A stretch of DNA of 64,000 nt from Alphaproteobacteria bacterium (GCA_035906055.1 JAMIFV010000005.1:26996-90995); one strand, 5' to 3'; counted from the first letter of the stretch, positions 1-10,303 are shown. Program-made: numbers and translations. Notes: generated by a model not told the origin, from the sequence alone.

Positions 1-447
1 GATTTGCACCCAGCGAGATGAACTGCTCCGCCAGTTCTGGCCTGTTCTGTTCAATGGCTTTGAACAACGCGGTCTTGCCGTCCTTGTCGGCGATGTTGAG
101 CGCGTCAACGCTTTGCGCTCCCGGCGTCATATGCTGCAGCAGTAATTTGAGTATCTCATCCGAAGGCAACTCCATCGCGGCCAGAAGCGCGCTGGTGCCT
201 TCATGGTTGCGGATGCCTGCATTCGCGCCCATGCTCAGGAAGAAACGCACATTGTCGATGTGGCCGTCTTTGATCTCCTGAATGAATGTATCGGGGTCGA
301 TGGAGATGTTTTTTTTGCCTGCCATGGTGTTGGAGGCCGTGTTGAGCGAGCCCGAATCGCCCGCGATGCCTGCAAGCGGCATCAACGACATTGCGGTGGC
401 GGTGATGCATAGGGGAAGGATGTGGTAAAGGTCGGTGCGCTTGCTCA
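1..447 (-). CDS. ankyrin-repeat protein with N-terminal signal peptide (partial; 3' end runs off the window)
   Basis: Absent from the ORF track because it runs off the edge. My translation of the minus strand from the ATG at 445-447 gives MSKRTDLYHILPLCITATAMSLMPLAG...DGHIDNVRFFLSMGANAGIRNHEGTSALLAAM...DKDGKTALFKAIEQNRPELAEQFISLGAN, which contains two clear ANK repeats. The 60-90 aa ORFs listed here are shadow frames. Confidence 0.7.
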
Positions 448-467
448 TGAAAGGCGATCCTTTGCGT

Positions 468-677
468 TTAAGTAGAGTAGGGTGAGGAAAGATGGTCTTT
501 ATATGCTATGCGGCGCTTCTCCAGCTCGCTCAATATATGCGTGCGCTCGTCATCGCTGTAGGCATTCCAGCGGGCGATCTCTTCCAGCGAGCGCAGGCAG
601 CCACGGCAGAAACCGATATCTTCTTCTATGGAACATACCGAGATACAGGGAGAGCGCTTTTCTTTTTTTGTATTCAT
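468..677 (-). CDS. DUF1289 family small Cys-rich protein
   Basis: SPCISVCSIEEDIGFCRGCLRSLEEIARW shows the Cx3C...CxxC...EIxxW pattern typical of DUF1289/YdhL-like proteins. Confidence 0.75.
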   Translation of the reverse strand: MNTKKEKRSPCISVCSIEEDIGFCRGCLRSLEEIARWNAYSDDERTHILSELEKRRIAYKDHLSSPYST

Positions 678-820
678 ATCAATAGATTAACAAGAATTAT
701 TAACCAAGGTGTCATCATTTTGTCACAAAAAACGTAAAGAATTGTTAACTTTCTGAGCATACCATACATGGTAATAATACTGCTAAGAAACAAAAAAGAC
801 GATTGTTAGCCAGGGCTGGT

Positions 821-1321
821 ATGAAAGATTTCGACCATACATTGCAACGCCGTGAGGGCGGGCAGATGAGTGTCGGCGTGAATGCTCACTCCCTGAGGTT
901 TACTATCACGGGGCCTGTTACCCCTAATGAAAAAGAAGCGATAGGCGGGCTTGTGAGCCTTGCAGCTGCTCTCAAGCGCGGCGTACAAGGATCCAGCGTT
1001 CAGTCGGAAGGCGAAGCGCTATCGCTTGCGATCCAGACTCCCAACGGTCGCGATGACGCGCTGGCCATGGTGGCGGTGAACTCGCTGGAAGCGCATGGCG
1101 CGATCAGCATAGGCGAATCACAGCGGTTTCAAACGGCACTGCACACTTCCGCGCAGCAGGCGCAAAAAGCAGCCGAACCGGTCGCGCAGGATATTTCCGA
1201 CATCCAGAAAGCCGTAGCCGCTATCGGCAATTCAATGCGCACAATTGTCGCGCCTTCCGAGTCCTCCGTTGTCGCCGCGCAAAACCTGCCGGGCAAGTCC
1301 GAGGGCAAGATCTTAGGTTAG
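821..1321 (+). CDS. hypothetical protein
   Basis: ORF 803-1321; the first ATG is at 821. No motif recognised. The 3' end overlaps the dapE stop by 9 nt in convergent orientation. Confidence 0.4.
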   Translation: MKDFDHTLQRREGGQMSVGVNAHSLRFTITGPVTPNEKEAIGGLVSLAAALKRGVQGSSVQSEGEALSLAIQTPNGRDDALAMVAVNSLEAHGAISIGESQRFQTALHTSAQQAQKAAEPVAQDISDIQKAVAAIGNSMRTIVAPSESSVVAAQNLPGKSEGKILG

Positions 1322-2446
1322 GTATTGCTGCATCACGCGCAGGTAGATGCTTTTGAGTTTTTGCAGGTCGTCCACCAATACACGCTCATCCACCGCATGT
1401 GCGCGGGAGCCGGTAGTGCCGAATTCCACGACCGGGCAGATATCCTTGATAAAACGCGCGTCTGACGTGCCGCCGGTAGTGGAAAGCACAGGCTCCATTC
1501 CCGTCACTTCTTTCACAGCTTCTTTCAGCACGTTACTCAGCTTGCCCGGCGGGGTGAGAAAGGATTCGCCAGAAACGCGCCATTGCAGGTCATAGTTGCC
1601 CGGCACGCTGTCGAGCTGCTGCTGCACCCATGCGCGGATGGACTCAGCATTGTGCTGGTCATTGAAGCGGATATTGAAACGCGCGACGGCATGCGCGGGA
1701 ATCACATTGCCCGCCATGTTGTTCACGTCAACGCTGGTTACTTCAAGGTTGGAGGGTGGAAAGAATTTGCTGCCGCCATCGATGGGCGTGTATTTGAGTT
1801 TGTGCAGCACCTTCAGCATCGTGGTGACGGGATTATCCGCCATTTCCGGGTAGGCTGCGTGACCCTGTTTGCCTTTCACGGTGAGGATGCCGTAGGCGCT
1901 GCCGCGTCGGCCTATCTTGGCCATTTCGCCAAGTGTGTGTGGGTTGGTGGGTTCGCCCACGATGCAGCCGTCAATCACTTCGCCTTTTTCCTTCAGCCAG
2001 GGCAGCACTTTGCGCGTGCCATTCACTGCAACACCCTCTTCATCGCCCGTGATGAGCAGGCTCAGCGAACCGTTGAACGGCTTTTTGGCGAATTCGGCGG
2101 CGGCGGCCACGAATGCGGCGATGGCGCCTTTCATGTCTTCGGTGCCGCGCCCGTAAAGATAGCCGTCTTTAACGGTGCCAGCGAACGGGTCCACGCTCCA
2201 TGCGGCGCGGTCGCCCACCGGCACCACATCCACATGCCCGGCGAAGCACAGGTTAGGCTGCGCGGTGCCGATGCGCGCATACAAATTCTCGGTGGGCTCA
2301 CCGGGAGCATCGCTGAACGTCATGCGGTGACAGGTGAAGCCGATCACTTCGAGGTGATGTATCAGTGCTTCCATCACGCCTTCGTTCTTCGGCGTGATGC
2401 TGGGGCAGCGTATGAGGTCTTGTGCTACAGAGATTACGTCAGTCAT
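1313..2446 (-). CDS. dapE: succinyl-diaminopimelate desuccinylase
   Basis: M20 peptidase motifs AGHVDVVPVG, GRGTEDMKG and ITGDEEG. Full-length DapE-like architecture of 377 aa, adjacent to dapD. Confidence 0.9.
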   Translation of the reverse strand: MTDVISVAQDLIRCPSITPKNEGVMEALIHHLEVIGFTCHRMTFSDAPGEPTENLYARIGTAQPNLCFAGHVDVVPVGDRAAWSVDPFAGTVKDGYLYGRGTEDMKGAIAAFVAAAAEFAKKPFNGSLSLLITGDEEGVAVNGTRKVLPWLKEKGEVIDGCIVGEPTNPHTLGEMAKIGRRGSAYGILTVKGKQGHAAYPEMADNPVTTMLKVLHKLKYTPIDGGSKFFPPSNLEVTSVDVNNMAGNVIPAHAVARFNIRFNDQHNAESIRAWVQQQLDSVPGNYDLQWRVSGESFLTPPGKLSNVLKEAVKEVTGMEPVLSTTGGTSDARFIKDICPVVEFGTTGSRAHAVDERVLVDDLQKLKSIYLRVMQQYLT

Positions 2447-2553
2447 GCTTATTCAAAAATATCACTATGGGTACTGCTGGCAGCTAAATATAGCACAGCG
2501 TTGTCGTACTGATAGACTAATAGCCAGTCTGGTTCAATATGGCATTAAATCCT

Positions 2554-3375
2554 TTATATCCCTCTCAGTAGTTCGTTGATGCCGGTCTTGCTGCGGGTTT
2601 TTTCATCCACGCGTTTAACAATAACGGCGCAATAGAGGGAAGGGGAATTGGGAGTTTTACCGGGCATGGTGCCAGCCACCACCACGCTGTAAGCGGGCAC
2701 GCGGCCATAGAATACTTCACCCGATTCACGGTCGATGATACGTGTAGACGCGCCAAGGTAAACGCCCATGGAAAGCACGGAGCCTTCTTCCACGACCACG
2801 CCTTCGGCCACTTCGCTGCGCGCGCCGATGAAGCAGTTATCCTCGATGATGACGGGGCCTGCCTGTAGCGGCTCCAGCACGCCGCCGATGCCCACACCGC
2901 CGGAGATATGGCAGTGCTTGCCGATCTGCGCGCAGGAGCCGATAGTCACCCATGTATCCACCATCGTGCCCTCGCCAACATGCGCGCCAATGTTCACGAA
3001 GCTCGGCATCAGCACCACGTTGGGGGCAACATAAGAACCGCGCCGCACGAAGCAGCCCGGCACAGCGCGGAATTTGGCTTCCGCGAATTTTGCCTTATCC
3101 CAGCCGTCGAATTTGGAGGGAACCTTATCGAACCACGAAGAGTCGCCGTGGCTTTTCACCACATCCGTATCGTTCAGGCGGAAGGACAGCAGCACGGCCT
3201 TTTTCACCCACTGGTTCACCTGCCAGTCAGCGCCGGTTTTTTCCGCCACGCGTAAGCTGCCGTTATCAAGCCCCGCGAGTGTCTCGTTCACGGCGTCGCG
3301 CACGTCGCCTTTGGTTGCGGTATTGATGGTGTCGCGTGCTTCCCACGCATTTTCGATGGTCGTCTGTAACGTCAT
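2554..3375 (-). CDS. dapD: 2,3,4,5-tetrahydropyridine-2,6-dicarboxylate N-succinyltransferase
   Basis: Left-handed beta-helix hexapeptide region [40 protein letters not shown]. 273 aa, in DapD-like context next to dapE. Confidence 0.9.
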   Translation of the reverse strand: MTLQTTIENAWEARDTINTATKGDVRDAVNETLAGLDNGSLRVAEKTGADWQVNQWVKKAVLLSFRLNDTDVVKSHGDSSWFDKVPSKFDGWDKAKFAEAKFRAVPGCFVRRGSYVAPNVVLMPSFVNIGAHVGEGTMVDTWVTIGSCAQIGKHCHISGGVGIGGVLEPLQAGPVIIEDNCFIGARSEVAEGVVVEEGSVLSMGVYLGASTRIIDRESGEVFYGRVPAYSVVVAGTMPGKTPNSPSLYCAVIVKRVDEKTRSKTGINELLRGI

Positions 3376-4157
3376 GTTATGGTGTCCTCAGGTAAACAGG
3401 ATTTTTTGGGCAGCGCTGCAAACAGCGGATCGGTTATGCGCACTGACAGGCACGTAAGCAGCCAGAGCGGAAGGTAAAGCGCAAGCGGAAAAGCGATGCG
3501 CGCGCGCGAAAGTGCGATGCCGCGCTGGATGATGCGGGCGGCTTTCTCCGCGCTCATGATAAAAGGCATAGGGAAATCATTTACTTGTGTCATCGGTGTT
3601 TTGATATAGCCCGGGCAGATGACGCTCACGTTCACGCCGGAACCTTTATACGCCCCGCGCAGGCCTTCACCGAACGCGCGCACGGCGTTCTTGCTGGCGC
3701 TGTAAGCCGGGCAGCTGGGAATGCCGCGCAAGCCCGCAAGCGAGGCCATGAGCGCGATATGGCCGTTTTTGCGCTGCACCATTCGCGGCAGAATGGGCAT
3801 CACAGTGTTAAGCACGCCGTCCACGTTAATGGCGAAGATATCGCGCACCTGCTGCTCCGTCTCGTGAGAGTCGCCGGTTCCGGCGGAAATGCCCGCATTG
3901 GCGATGACGAGGTCAAGCGTATGGGCGGCGTCAAACGCCAGTATTATGGCAGCCAGCTTTTCACGGTCGCGCACGTCGCAAACATGCGCTTCCACCAGCG
4001 CGCCGCGCGCAGTACATGCGCGCACAACCTCCTGCAGGCGCTCTGCATTACGGCCGGTAAGGCAGAGCGTTACGCCGGGGGCGGCATAGGCCCCGGCCAG
4101 CGCCGCGCCGACGCCGGAACTGGCTCCCGTTATAAGTACAGAGTGGAAATGCTTCAT
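3372..4157 (-). CDS. SDR family oxidoreductase
   Basis: [12 protein letters not shown] (TGxxxGxG) and YSASKNAV (YxxxK). 4-nt overlap with the dapD start. Confidence 0.85.
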   Translation of the reverse strand: MKHFHSVLITGASSGVGAALAGAYAAPGVTLCLTGRNAERLQEVVRACTARGALVEAHVCDVRDREKLAAIILAFDAAHTLDLVIANAGISAGTGDSHETEQQVRDIFAINVDGVLNTVMPILPRMVQRKNGHIALMASLAGLRGIPSCPAYSASKNAVRAFGEGLRGAYKGSGVNVSVICPGYIKTPMTQVNDFPMPFIMSAEKAARIIQRGIALSRARIAFPLALYLPLWLLTCLSVRITDPLFAALPKKSCLPEDTIT

Positions 4158-4218
4158 AAAGTCTACTTCTGAATTGGCTGATAACCTATGTTAAGCGGTA
4201 GGCAATTCCAAATAAAAT

Positions 4219-5367
4219 ATGCTAGATTCATACTATATGAACGAGCCTGTGCCCGAAAACCTGCATCTGTTTGCCGCCGGAATTGATCTGGACGCCGCCC
4301 ACAAGGCGCATATGCGCTGGCTTACCTCCGGCGGCAGGCAGGGAAAACGGCTGCATCTGCGCAATACCGACCTTGAAGGGCTGAACATGTCGGGCTTCAC
4401 GCTGGCGGAAGCATCGCTGCGCGGCATCGTGATACGCGACGTGGACCTCTCCGGCGCTGACCTGCGCGGGTCCGACCTTGCCGAAACCATGTTCGAGAAT
4501 GTGAACCTTAAAGGCGCGATGCTTAACTCGGCGTTGTTCATGGGCGCGCAGTTCGTCAATGTGAACTTTGAGGGGGCCGACCTGACCGGCGCCGACCTGC
4601 AGGGAGTCATGGCGCGCGATATCCGTTTCACAGGAGCGCGCATGAATAAATGCACGATGCGCGACGCCACCTTGCAGCATGCCGATTTTGCGCATGCGCA
4701 ATTGCGCGATACCATGCTGCGCGCGGTTTCCTGCATGGGGGCGCGGTTCGATAACGCCGACCTCGCCAATGCCGAATGCCGCGAAGGCGTGTTCGACTAT
4801 GCCAGTTTCTCGCATGCGAACGTGGATAACGTTATCTTTAAAGATGCATCCTTGCGCGGTGTGGACATCCACAACGTAAACTTCACCAAGGCGCATGACG
4901 TGGTGTTCGACGAACAGACGCAGGCCTTTATCAAGGAGCGCGCGCGGCTGGACGACCTCAACCAGCAACTCACCCTGCAGGTGTCGCGGCAGGAGAACCG
5001 CACGAAGATCCTGGAAGGCGAAAACACCGTGCTGCGCGCGCGCGAACGCACCAACCGCCTGCGCGAGGCGAGGCTGGAAGGGCTGATCTACAAGCTCAGC
5101 CGCGTCGCGTTCGCATACGGGCTTATCAGCATCGTATGGCTTGCGATCAGCGCGTTCCTGCTGTCATTCACCTATTCACGCTTCAGCCAGCTCGACTTCA
5201 GCCGCATCGCGGGCATCCTCGCGGGGGTGGGGCTGGTCATCATTCTTTCCTTCCTTTCTTTCTATTTTGCGATTAAGACTCGCAAAATTCTGTTTTCCAT
5301 GGCAGAAAAACCGGACCCTGATACCAACAACAACCAAAATTCTATGACGAAGCAGGAGTTACCATGA
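4219..5367 (+). CDS. pentapeptide-repeat protein with coiled-coil and C-terminal transmembrane segments
   Basis: Long run of A(D/N)LxG-type pentapeptide repeats (DLSGADLRGSDLAETMFENVNLKGAMLNSALF...). This is followed by a charged coiled region and hydrophobic helices (LISIVWLAISAFLL, VGLVIILSFLSFYFAI). Confidence 0.75.
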   Translation: MLDSYYMNEPVPENLHLFAAGIDLDAAHKAHMRWLTSGGRQGKRLHLRNTDLEGLNMSGFTLAEASLRGIVIRDVDLSGADLRGSDLAETMFENVNLKGAMLNSALFMGAQFVNVNFEGADLTGADLQGVMARDIRFTGARMNKCTMRDATLQHADFAHAQLRDTMLRAVSCMGARFDNADLANAECREGVFDYASFSHANVDNVIFKDASLRGVDIHNVNFTKAHDVVFDEQTQAFIKERARLDDLNQQLTLQVSRQENRTKILEGENTVLRARERTNRLREARLEGLIYKLSRVAFAYGLISIVWLAISAFLLSFTYSRFSQLDFSRIAGILAGVGLVIILSFLSFYFAIKTRKILFSMAEKPDPDTNNNQNSMTKQELP

Positions 5368-5909
5368 GCGATATAAAAGCAGTCTGCGTATTTTGCGGCG
5401 CAAGCAACAACGTGCCCACGCACTTTCTCGACATCGGCAAGACGTTTGGCAACATGCTGGTGCAGAACAATATCAAACTGGTCTATGGCGGCGGCGATTG
5501 CGGCATCATGGGCGCAGTGGCCAACTCCGTGCTCAAAGCCAAGGGCTATGTGACCGGCGTGTTCCCCCGCAGCCTGAAAGACCTCGAGTCCGAACATGCG
5601 AGCCTAAGCGAGATCATCATGGTGGAAAGCATGCATGAGCGCAAACGCATCATGTTCGAGCGTTCCGACGCCATCGTGGTGCTGCCCGGCGGCTTCGGCA
5701 CCATGGATGAAATGTTCGAGATCATCACCTGGAAACAGCTCCGCTTCCACCAGAAAAAGATCATCATCCTTAATCACAAGGGCTACTGGGATACGCTCAT
5801 CCACCTGATGGACAATATCATCGACATAGGCTTCGCCCGCGAAGAGGTGCGCTCGTTCTATCAGGTAGTGGATACGCCCGAAGGTGTAATTGACGCTTTA
5901 AAGGGCTAA
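5364..5909 (+). CDS. LOG family (TIGR00730) nucleotide phosphoribohydrolase
   Basis: VYGGGDCGIMG and the PGGFGTMDE signature. 4-nt overlap with the upstream gene. Confidence 0.85.
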   Translation: MSDIKAVCVFCGASNNVPTHFLDIGKTFGNMLVQNNIKLVYGGGDCGIMGAVANSVLKAKGYVTGVFPRSLKDLESEHASLSEIIMVESMHERKRIMFERSDAIVVLPGGFGTMDEMFEIITWKQLRFHQKKIIILNHKGYWDTLIHLMDNIIDIGFAREEVRSFYQVVDTPEGVIDALKG

Positions 5910-5912
5910 TTT

Positions 5913-5995
5913 ATCGGGGGCACGCTGCCCCCGATTTCGTTCCACGAAATCTCCCCTGCGGGGGCGTCGCGATAAAGCTCCTCCATGCTTACGGC
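5913..5995. repeat. family-1 palindromic repeat, half element
   Basis: Sequence atcgggggcacgctgcccccgatttcgttccacgaaatctcccctgcgggggcgtcgcgataaagctcctccatgc. The same arm recurs at 14316, 18187, 19253 and, inverted, at 24438. It starts with the perfect hairpin gggggca-cgc-tgccccc immediately after the LOG stop codon. Confidence 0.85.
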
Positions 5996-6136
5996 GTTTT
6001 GCCTGCTTGATTAAAAATACATATATTTAACAAATGATTATATACTTATGCATTTGTCACAAAACTGTCACTTGAGGGTGGGGGTGGGTGCGGGTAGAAT
6101 TGAATTGTTATAAAATAGCAGCTTAAAGGTTTTGAT

Positions 6137-7519
6137 ATGGCCGAAAAACTTATGTTCTCAGGTGTGCGCACGGAATTGGCAAAACTCGCCTTGGCAGCAA
6201 GCTTGGGCCCATTGGCTGGCTGCGGTGATCAGGCGGTCAGTGAACCGGTGCCTCTTAATGCGCAGCAACGCCTGGACTGTGATCAAGAAGGCATTGATGG
6301 AGCGAACGCCATACTCGCAGGCAGAAAGCGTTTTGAAGGCACACCTTTCTTTGAAAAGCATTTTACACGCAGCAATGTTACCGATCGGCAACTTTATGAT
6401 GCACTGAAACCAATGGGCGCTGCAGCCTGTGAAGTAGATGCCAGAAACCCTAATAATCCGGCAAGCCTTATTAGGGCTGAAAGGGATGCGTGCAGGAAAG
6501 AGTCTCTTGCTCGTGCAGAAAATACGCTTATCAATAGAGTTTCTCAAGAAGGGCCGGGTTTTTTACAACAGCAATTCCCTCCCGAAGGTACACCAACCCA
6601 GAGAGATATGTTCTTGCGTGAACAACAAAGAACGCACGCAGAGTGTATTGCCGACGAAAAAGCAAGAAAAACACAAGAGCATAATAAAGCCAAAGCTACT
6701 AAATTTCCTGCTTACGGCACTGCTGGTCAGGCTGGGGCGTCAGGTTCATCTGCTCAGCCAGACATTAGAGAATCACCGCGTGTTATTCCGCAGTTCGTTC
6801 CTCAGGCTTCTACGGAAATACTGAAACATGAGTCTTTTGGGGATGCAGATTTTGAAGTGCTTTCAAAACTCATCATGCTGGAAAGCAGTGGTGGTAAGAA
6901 TACAGCAAACCCGCTAAATCCAAAAGTAAAAGGTATATACCAGTTCAGTGAAGGAACAGCTCTCCGGTTTGGTCTTAAAGACCGTGCAGATCCCTTTGAG
7001 TCTTTAGTGGCTGCGGGCAAGCTTGAGGTGCATAACAGAAAATCACTCATCGAATTGCTGGGGCACAAGCCCAGCAAATTTGAAGTTGCCTTTGCCCACC
7101 AGCAGGGTGCTGTTGGTGCGGCGGCGCTTATTAATAATCCCAAGAAAAACGCTATAGATGTACTTACTCCGATTTATAAGAGTAAAGCGGTTGCAACACA
7201 GGCTATAATTAACAATAGTGGCGACGCTTCTATGACTTCAGAGGATTTCATTGCCGTGCATATGGGCAAATACAATATGGCAGATGCCAATCAGGGACTG
7301 GAAGCTATTAACGGTATTCTGGCCAGCAAAGGCCTTGAAACGATTGACGCAAAATTTACTAACCCCTTTGGCACAAAGCTGGATAAAACGCCTTATGGTA
7401 GCCTGTTTGTTGCGCTTATGGGCAAACCTAAGACGATTGGTGAATCAAGAACGGCAGAGGCTCTTGGCGGCTTTGTAGAGAAGCTCATGAAAGGCACGCC
7501 GACAGAGCAGCGGCGTTAG
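6137..7519 (+). CDS. putative lipoprotein with C-terminal SLT-like lytic transglycosylase region
   Basis: Lipobox LGPLAGC near the N-terminus. MLESSGGKNTANPLNPKVKGIYQFSEGTA resembles the catalytic E-S...YQF region of soluble lytic transglycosylases. Confidence 0.5.
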   Translation: MAEKLMFSGVRTELAKLALAASLGPLAGCGDQAVSEPVPLNAQQRLDCDQEGIDGANAILAGRKRFEGTPFFEKHFTRSNVTDRQLYDALKPMGAAACEVDARNPNNPASLIRAERDACRKESLARAENTLINRVSQEGPGFLQQQFPPEGTPTQRDMFLREQQRTHAECIADEKARKTQEHNKAKATKFPAYGTAGQAGASGSSAQPDIRESPRVIPQFVPQASTEILKHESFGDADFEVLSKLIMLESSGGKNTANPLNPKVKGIYQFSEGTALRFGLKDRADPFESLVAAGKLEVHNRKSLIELLGHKPSKFEVAFAHQQGAVGAAALINNPKKNAIDVLTPIYKSKAVATQAIINNSGDASMTSEDFIAVHMGKYNMADANQGLEAINGILASKGLETIDAKFTNPFGTKLDKTPYGSLFVALMGKPKTIGESRTAEALGGFVEKLMKGTPTEQRR

Positions 7520-7580
7520 GCGCTTTTCTGAAAGTATAAATCATTTAAGTTTATAAATTACTCAACGCTCATTCCTCCCG

Positions 7581-7618
7581 GCATAATTAAAGAAATGGGG
7601 CATAATTAAAGAAATGGG
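7581..7618. repeat. perfect 19-bp tandem duplication
   Basis: gcataattaaagaaatggg occurs twice back to back (7581-7599, 7600-7618) in a convergent intergenic region. Confidence 0.9.
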
Positions 7619-7647
7619 AAATTCAAAAAACCCAAATGCCTAAACTT

Positions 7648-8433
7648 TTAGCGTTGTATTCCGAGTTCATTACTGCGGTCATTGCCCTTCTGTAAGGAGT
7701 CCATGCCTTTGCCTGGCTTGAAATAGGGATTGGTATTGGGTTCATCCATCAGGCGGTCTTTCGGCGGAAATACTGTTCCGCCAAACTGTGTTCCCCCTGC
7801 GGCACTATCGGCAGCGCTACGCGACGTGTCATCTGCATTCTGTGGTGTTTGCGGTTGTGCAGATGCCTGTGACTCTGCCGCCTGTGAATGATACTCATGA
7901 CGTGAATTATCAATATATGTGTGATTGCCAGCGCTACCGCCGCCGCTTGGAGAAACGGGGCCAGCAGGAAGTATATCGCGGCCACTGTCCAAGTTAGGAG
8001 AGGAAGGAAAAATATCGGAGCCACGATCAGGCGTTCTCGGAGATAATTCTGTCTGTTGCTCGCGTTTATGTGAACGTTCGTTACGCTTAAACAGGTTGCG
8101 CAGACGAAAGCCTTGGTCTTTTCCGGGTATCAAATTTGTGATACCCACCGCTCCGCCGCCAATTACAGCGCTACCGACTGCTATATCCAGAATATTGCCG
8201 CCAAATGCAATTATGCCGTCTAATGCTGCGATACCTGTACCGGTACCAGCCAGTGTTTCTGCGACCAGTGTTGCAACGCCGGGAATGAAAGCAGCTCCTG
8301 CTGCTGCAGCTACAACCCCAACGCCCAAGGCAATGGCGCCAAACATAAGGCCGCCTTTGATAGCGCTGCCAGTCGCATGCTTGAGAGTGCCAATCAGGCT
8401 TCTCGTGCCGTCCATGATATCATCGCCTAACAT
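7648..8433 (-). CDS. glycine-zipper membrane protein with disordered Ser/Pro/Gln-rich C-terminus
   Basis: IKGGLMFGAIALGVGVVAAAAGAAFIPGVATLVAETLAGTGTGIAALDGIIAFGGN forms GxxxG/A-rich TM hairpins. The remainder is low complexity. Confidence 0.55.
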   Translation of the reverse strand: MLGDDIMDGTRSLIGTLKHATGSAIKGGLMFGAIALGVGVVAAAAGAAFIPGVATLVAETLAGTGTGIAALDGIIAFGGNILDIAVGSAVIGGGAVGITNLIPGKDQGFRLRNLFKRNERSHKREQQTELSPRTPDRGSDIFPSSPNLDSGRDILPAGPVSPSGGGSAGNHTYIDNSRHEYHSQAAESQASAQPQTPQNADDTSRSAADSAAGGTQFGGTVFPPKDRLMDEPNTNPYFKPGKGMDSLQKGNDRSNELGIQR

Positions 8434-8445
8434 AACCTGTCCCTC

Positions 8446-8700
8446 TTAGTTGATCGTCGTATGATGTGAAATATGCGTCTGGTGGAATTGCTCGATAGCG
8501 CGGTTGCGCAGGGTGTCCTTTTCGGTGTTGCCTGCGTATGCGCCGATCGGCGTGATAAAAGCCACGGCTGCACCGGGGCGGAACCCTTCGCCGCTATGGG
8601 CGCTGTCCGTTTTAACCTGCGCTACGTCCTGCCCCGTGCGTTTGCGGGTGAACAGGGTCCTGAGGCGTAGCATAAGGGTATTCTTTGTTTTCGTGGCCAT
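8446..8700 (-). CDS. hypothetical small protein
   Basis: ORF 8446-8760 trimmed to the internal ATG (MATKTKNT...), so that it starts 1 nt after the upstream gene's stop. No motif recognised. Confidence 0.35.
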   Translation of the reverse strand: MATKTKNTLMLRLRTLFTRKRTGQDVAQVKTDSAHSGEGFRPGAAVAFITPIGAYAGNTEKDTLRNRAIEQFHQTHISHHTTIN

Positions 8701-8701
8701 A

Positions 8702-10303
8702 TTATATTGTCTGCTGCATGGTTTGGGGTTGCTGGGACTGCGCGAGTACTTTCTGTTCAAAAGATTGCGCGGGGCGTTGTTGCATGCGTTCTTCCATCTT
8801 CGACACGTCTTCCGGTGTCACCAGATGCTGGATGCCTGCTTTCTTCACCATATCTTCCGGTAATTCCTGCGGCACCACATAGGGTTTGGCGGTGGGGTCG
8901 TTATGCACCACGTAGGCTTTATTATAGAGCCAGTCGGTGGTTTTGCTGAGCACCTTGATGGAGTCGCCGCCCACGCCGTACATCGCGCCGAACATGCCGC
9001 CAACGGTGGCGGATGCGCCCAGCGTCAGGGCGCTGATAGTGCCTGCGGCAATTTCCGCTGAGGCAGGGAGGATGGCGTTTAATGCAAGCACGCCGATGCT
9101 GGGCAGCAGCAACCCGACAGCCGCGCCGATAGCGCCCATCACCAAAGCGGATTTAAGGTTGAAGAATTTTTCTTTGACCGGCTTGGGCGCTTCCGGCGTA
9201 ATGCCGCGCTGGCGCAGTTCCTGATTGCGTTCGAATTCATTATCTATGGCGCGTGCCATGCTTTCGGCCCCGGCTTCACGTCCGGCATCGGAAAAGGCGC
9301 GCATGCCGAAGGAGGCGCCCACGGCTGCGAAGGCGGCTACCGCTTTGAATGCTGTAAGGCCTACAACAACTTCAGGTGCGATAAGCGCGGTTGCGCCGAA
9401 AGCTATGAGACCTACGGCGCCCGCGATTACCGCACCGGCGACGGCACCACCGGCAAGCCCGCGGAACAGGCCTTTCACCGCGCTTGCATAGATCTTGTTG
9501 TGGTATTCTTCTTCCAGCGAGAACATGCTCGACTGCCTGCGCAGGCGGTGCTCGGCGAGTTCCTTGTCATTTTCGATGCCTTTGAACTGCTCGCGGCCCA
9601 TATCGATGCCGCTATACATGCCCTTGGATTTGCCCCAGCTTGCAGCATCCACCTTATTGAATACGCCCTTAAGGTTGCTGCGGTCTATGCCGAAGGTGGC
9701 ACCCAGCGCGCCAAACGCTATGGCGGCACCTGCCGGGCCGCCCACTACGGCCAGCAAAGAGCTGCCGATAGTGAGGCTGTTGGCAAGCAGTGCGCCAACG
9801 CCCGCACCGATTGCGGCACCTGCAGCGCCAGATTTCCAGTTGAAGAGTTTACCTTTGTCGCGGTCCGCCGGGAACTGGAAGTGGTGGCCGCGCCCGTCCA
9901 TCATGAGTTTATCTTCGAGCGCTGCGGGTTCGTTATCCTTATAGACCGGGTCGAGCACGCGTGCGTGGCGCTCGGCCAGCCCTGCCGCGCGTGAAGCGGC
10001 GGCGGAACCGGCGGTGCCGTAAGTTTCCGCGCCGTGAACGGCAGCGATACCTGCCAGGCCAGCCACGGCAATGCCAAAACCCATTCCTGCAAGGCCCGCC
10101 ATCAGTGCGAGGCCTGCGCCAATGGCAGCGCCAACCACACCCCCCACCAGCACGCCGACCAGCATGCCGCGCACCCGGCCTTTGTAGGAAGACCAGTATT
10201 CGCGGTAGTAAGCCTGACGCGCGCGCTCATTCACCCGGTTGTAATCGATCGAGTCCGGGCGGTAGGGAGGCGTCGCTTGCGCTATAGGTTTTTGCGTTTC
10301 CAT
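8702..10303 (-). CDS. multi-module glycine-zipper membrane protein
   Basis: Four internally repeated Gly/Ala-rich TM-hairpin modules (for example VGGVVGAAIGAGLALMAGLAGMGFGIAVAGLAG and GAAGAAIGAGVGALLANSL...GGPAGAAIAFGALGATFG), separated by charged linkers. Confidence 0.6.
   Translation of the reverse strand: METQKPIAQATPPYRPDSIDYNRVNERARQAYYREYWSSYKGRVRGMLVGVLVGGVVGAAIGAGLALMAGLAGMGFGIAVAGLAGIAAVHGAETYGTAGSAAASRAAGLAERHARVLDPVYKDNEPAALEDKLMMDGRGHHFQFPADRDKGKLFNWKSGAAGAAIGAGVGALLANSLTIGSSLLAVVGGPAGAAIAFGALGATFGIDRSNLKGVFNKVDAASWGKSKGMYSGIDMGREQFKGIENDKELAEHRLRRQSSMFSLEEEYHNKIYASAVKGLFRGLAGGAVAGAVIAGAVGLIAFGATALIAPEVVVGLTAFKAVAAFAAVGASFGMRAFSDAGREAGAESMARAIDNEFERNQELRQRGITPEAPKPVKEKFFNLKSALVMGAIGAAVGLLLPSIGVLALNAILPASAEIAAGTISALTLGASATVGGMFGAMYGVGGDSIKVLSKTTDWLYNKAYVVHNDPTAKPYVVPQELPEDMVKKAGIQHLVTPEDVSKMEERMQQRPAQSFEQKVLAQSQQPQTMQQTI

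Noticed and set aside
7581-7618. Perfect 19-bp tandem duplication as a possible regulatory iteron
   Set aside because: There are only two copies, in a convergent terminator-side spacer with no adjacent promoter. It is most simply a replication-slippage duplication. It is recorded as a repeat feature only.
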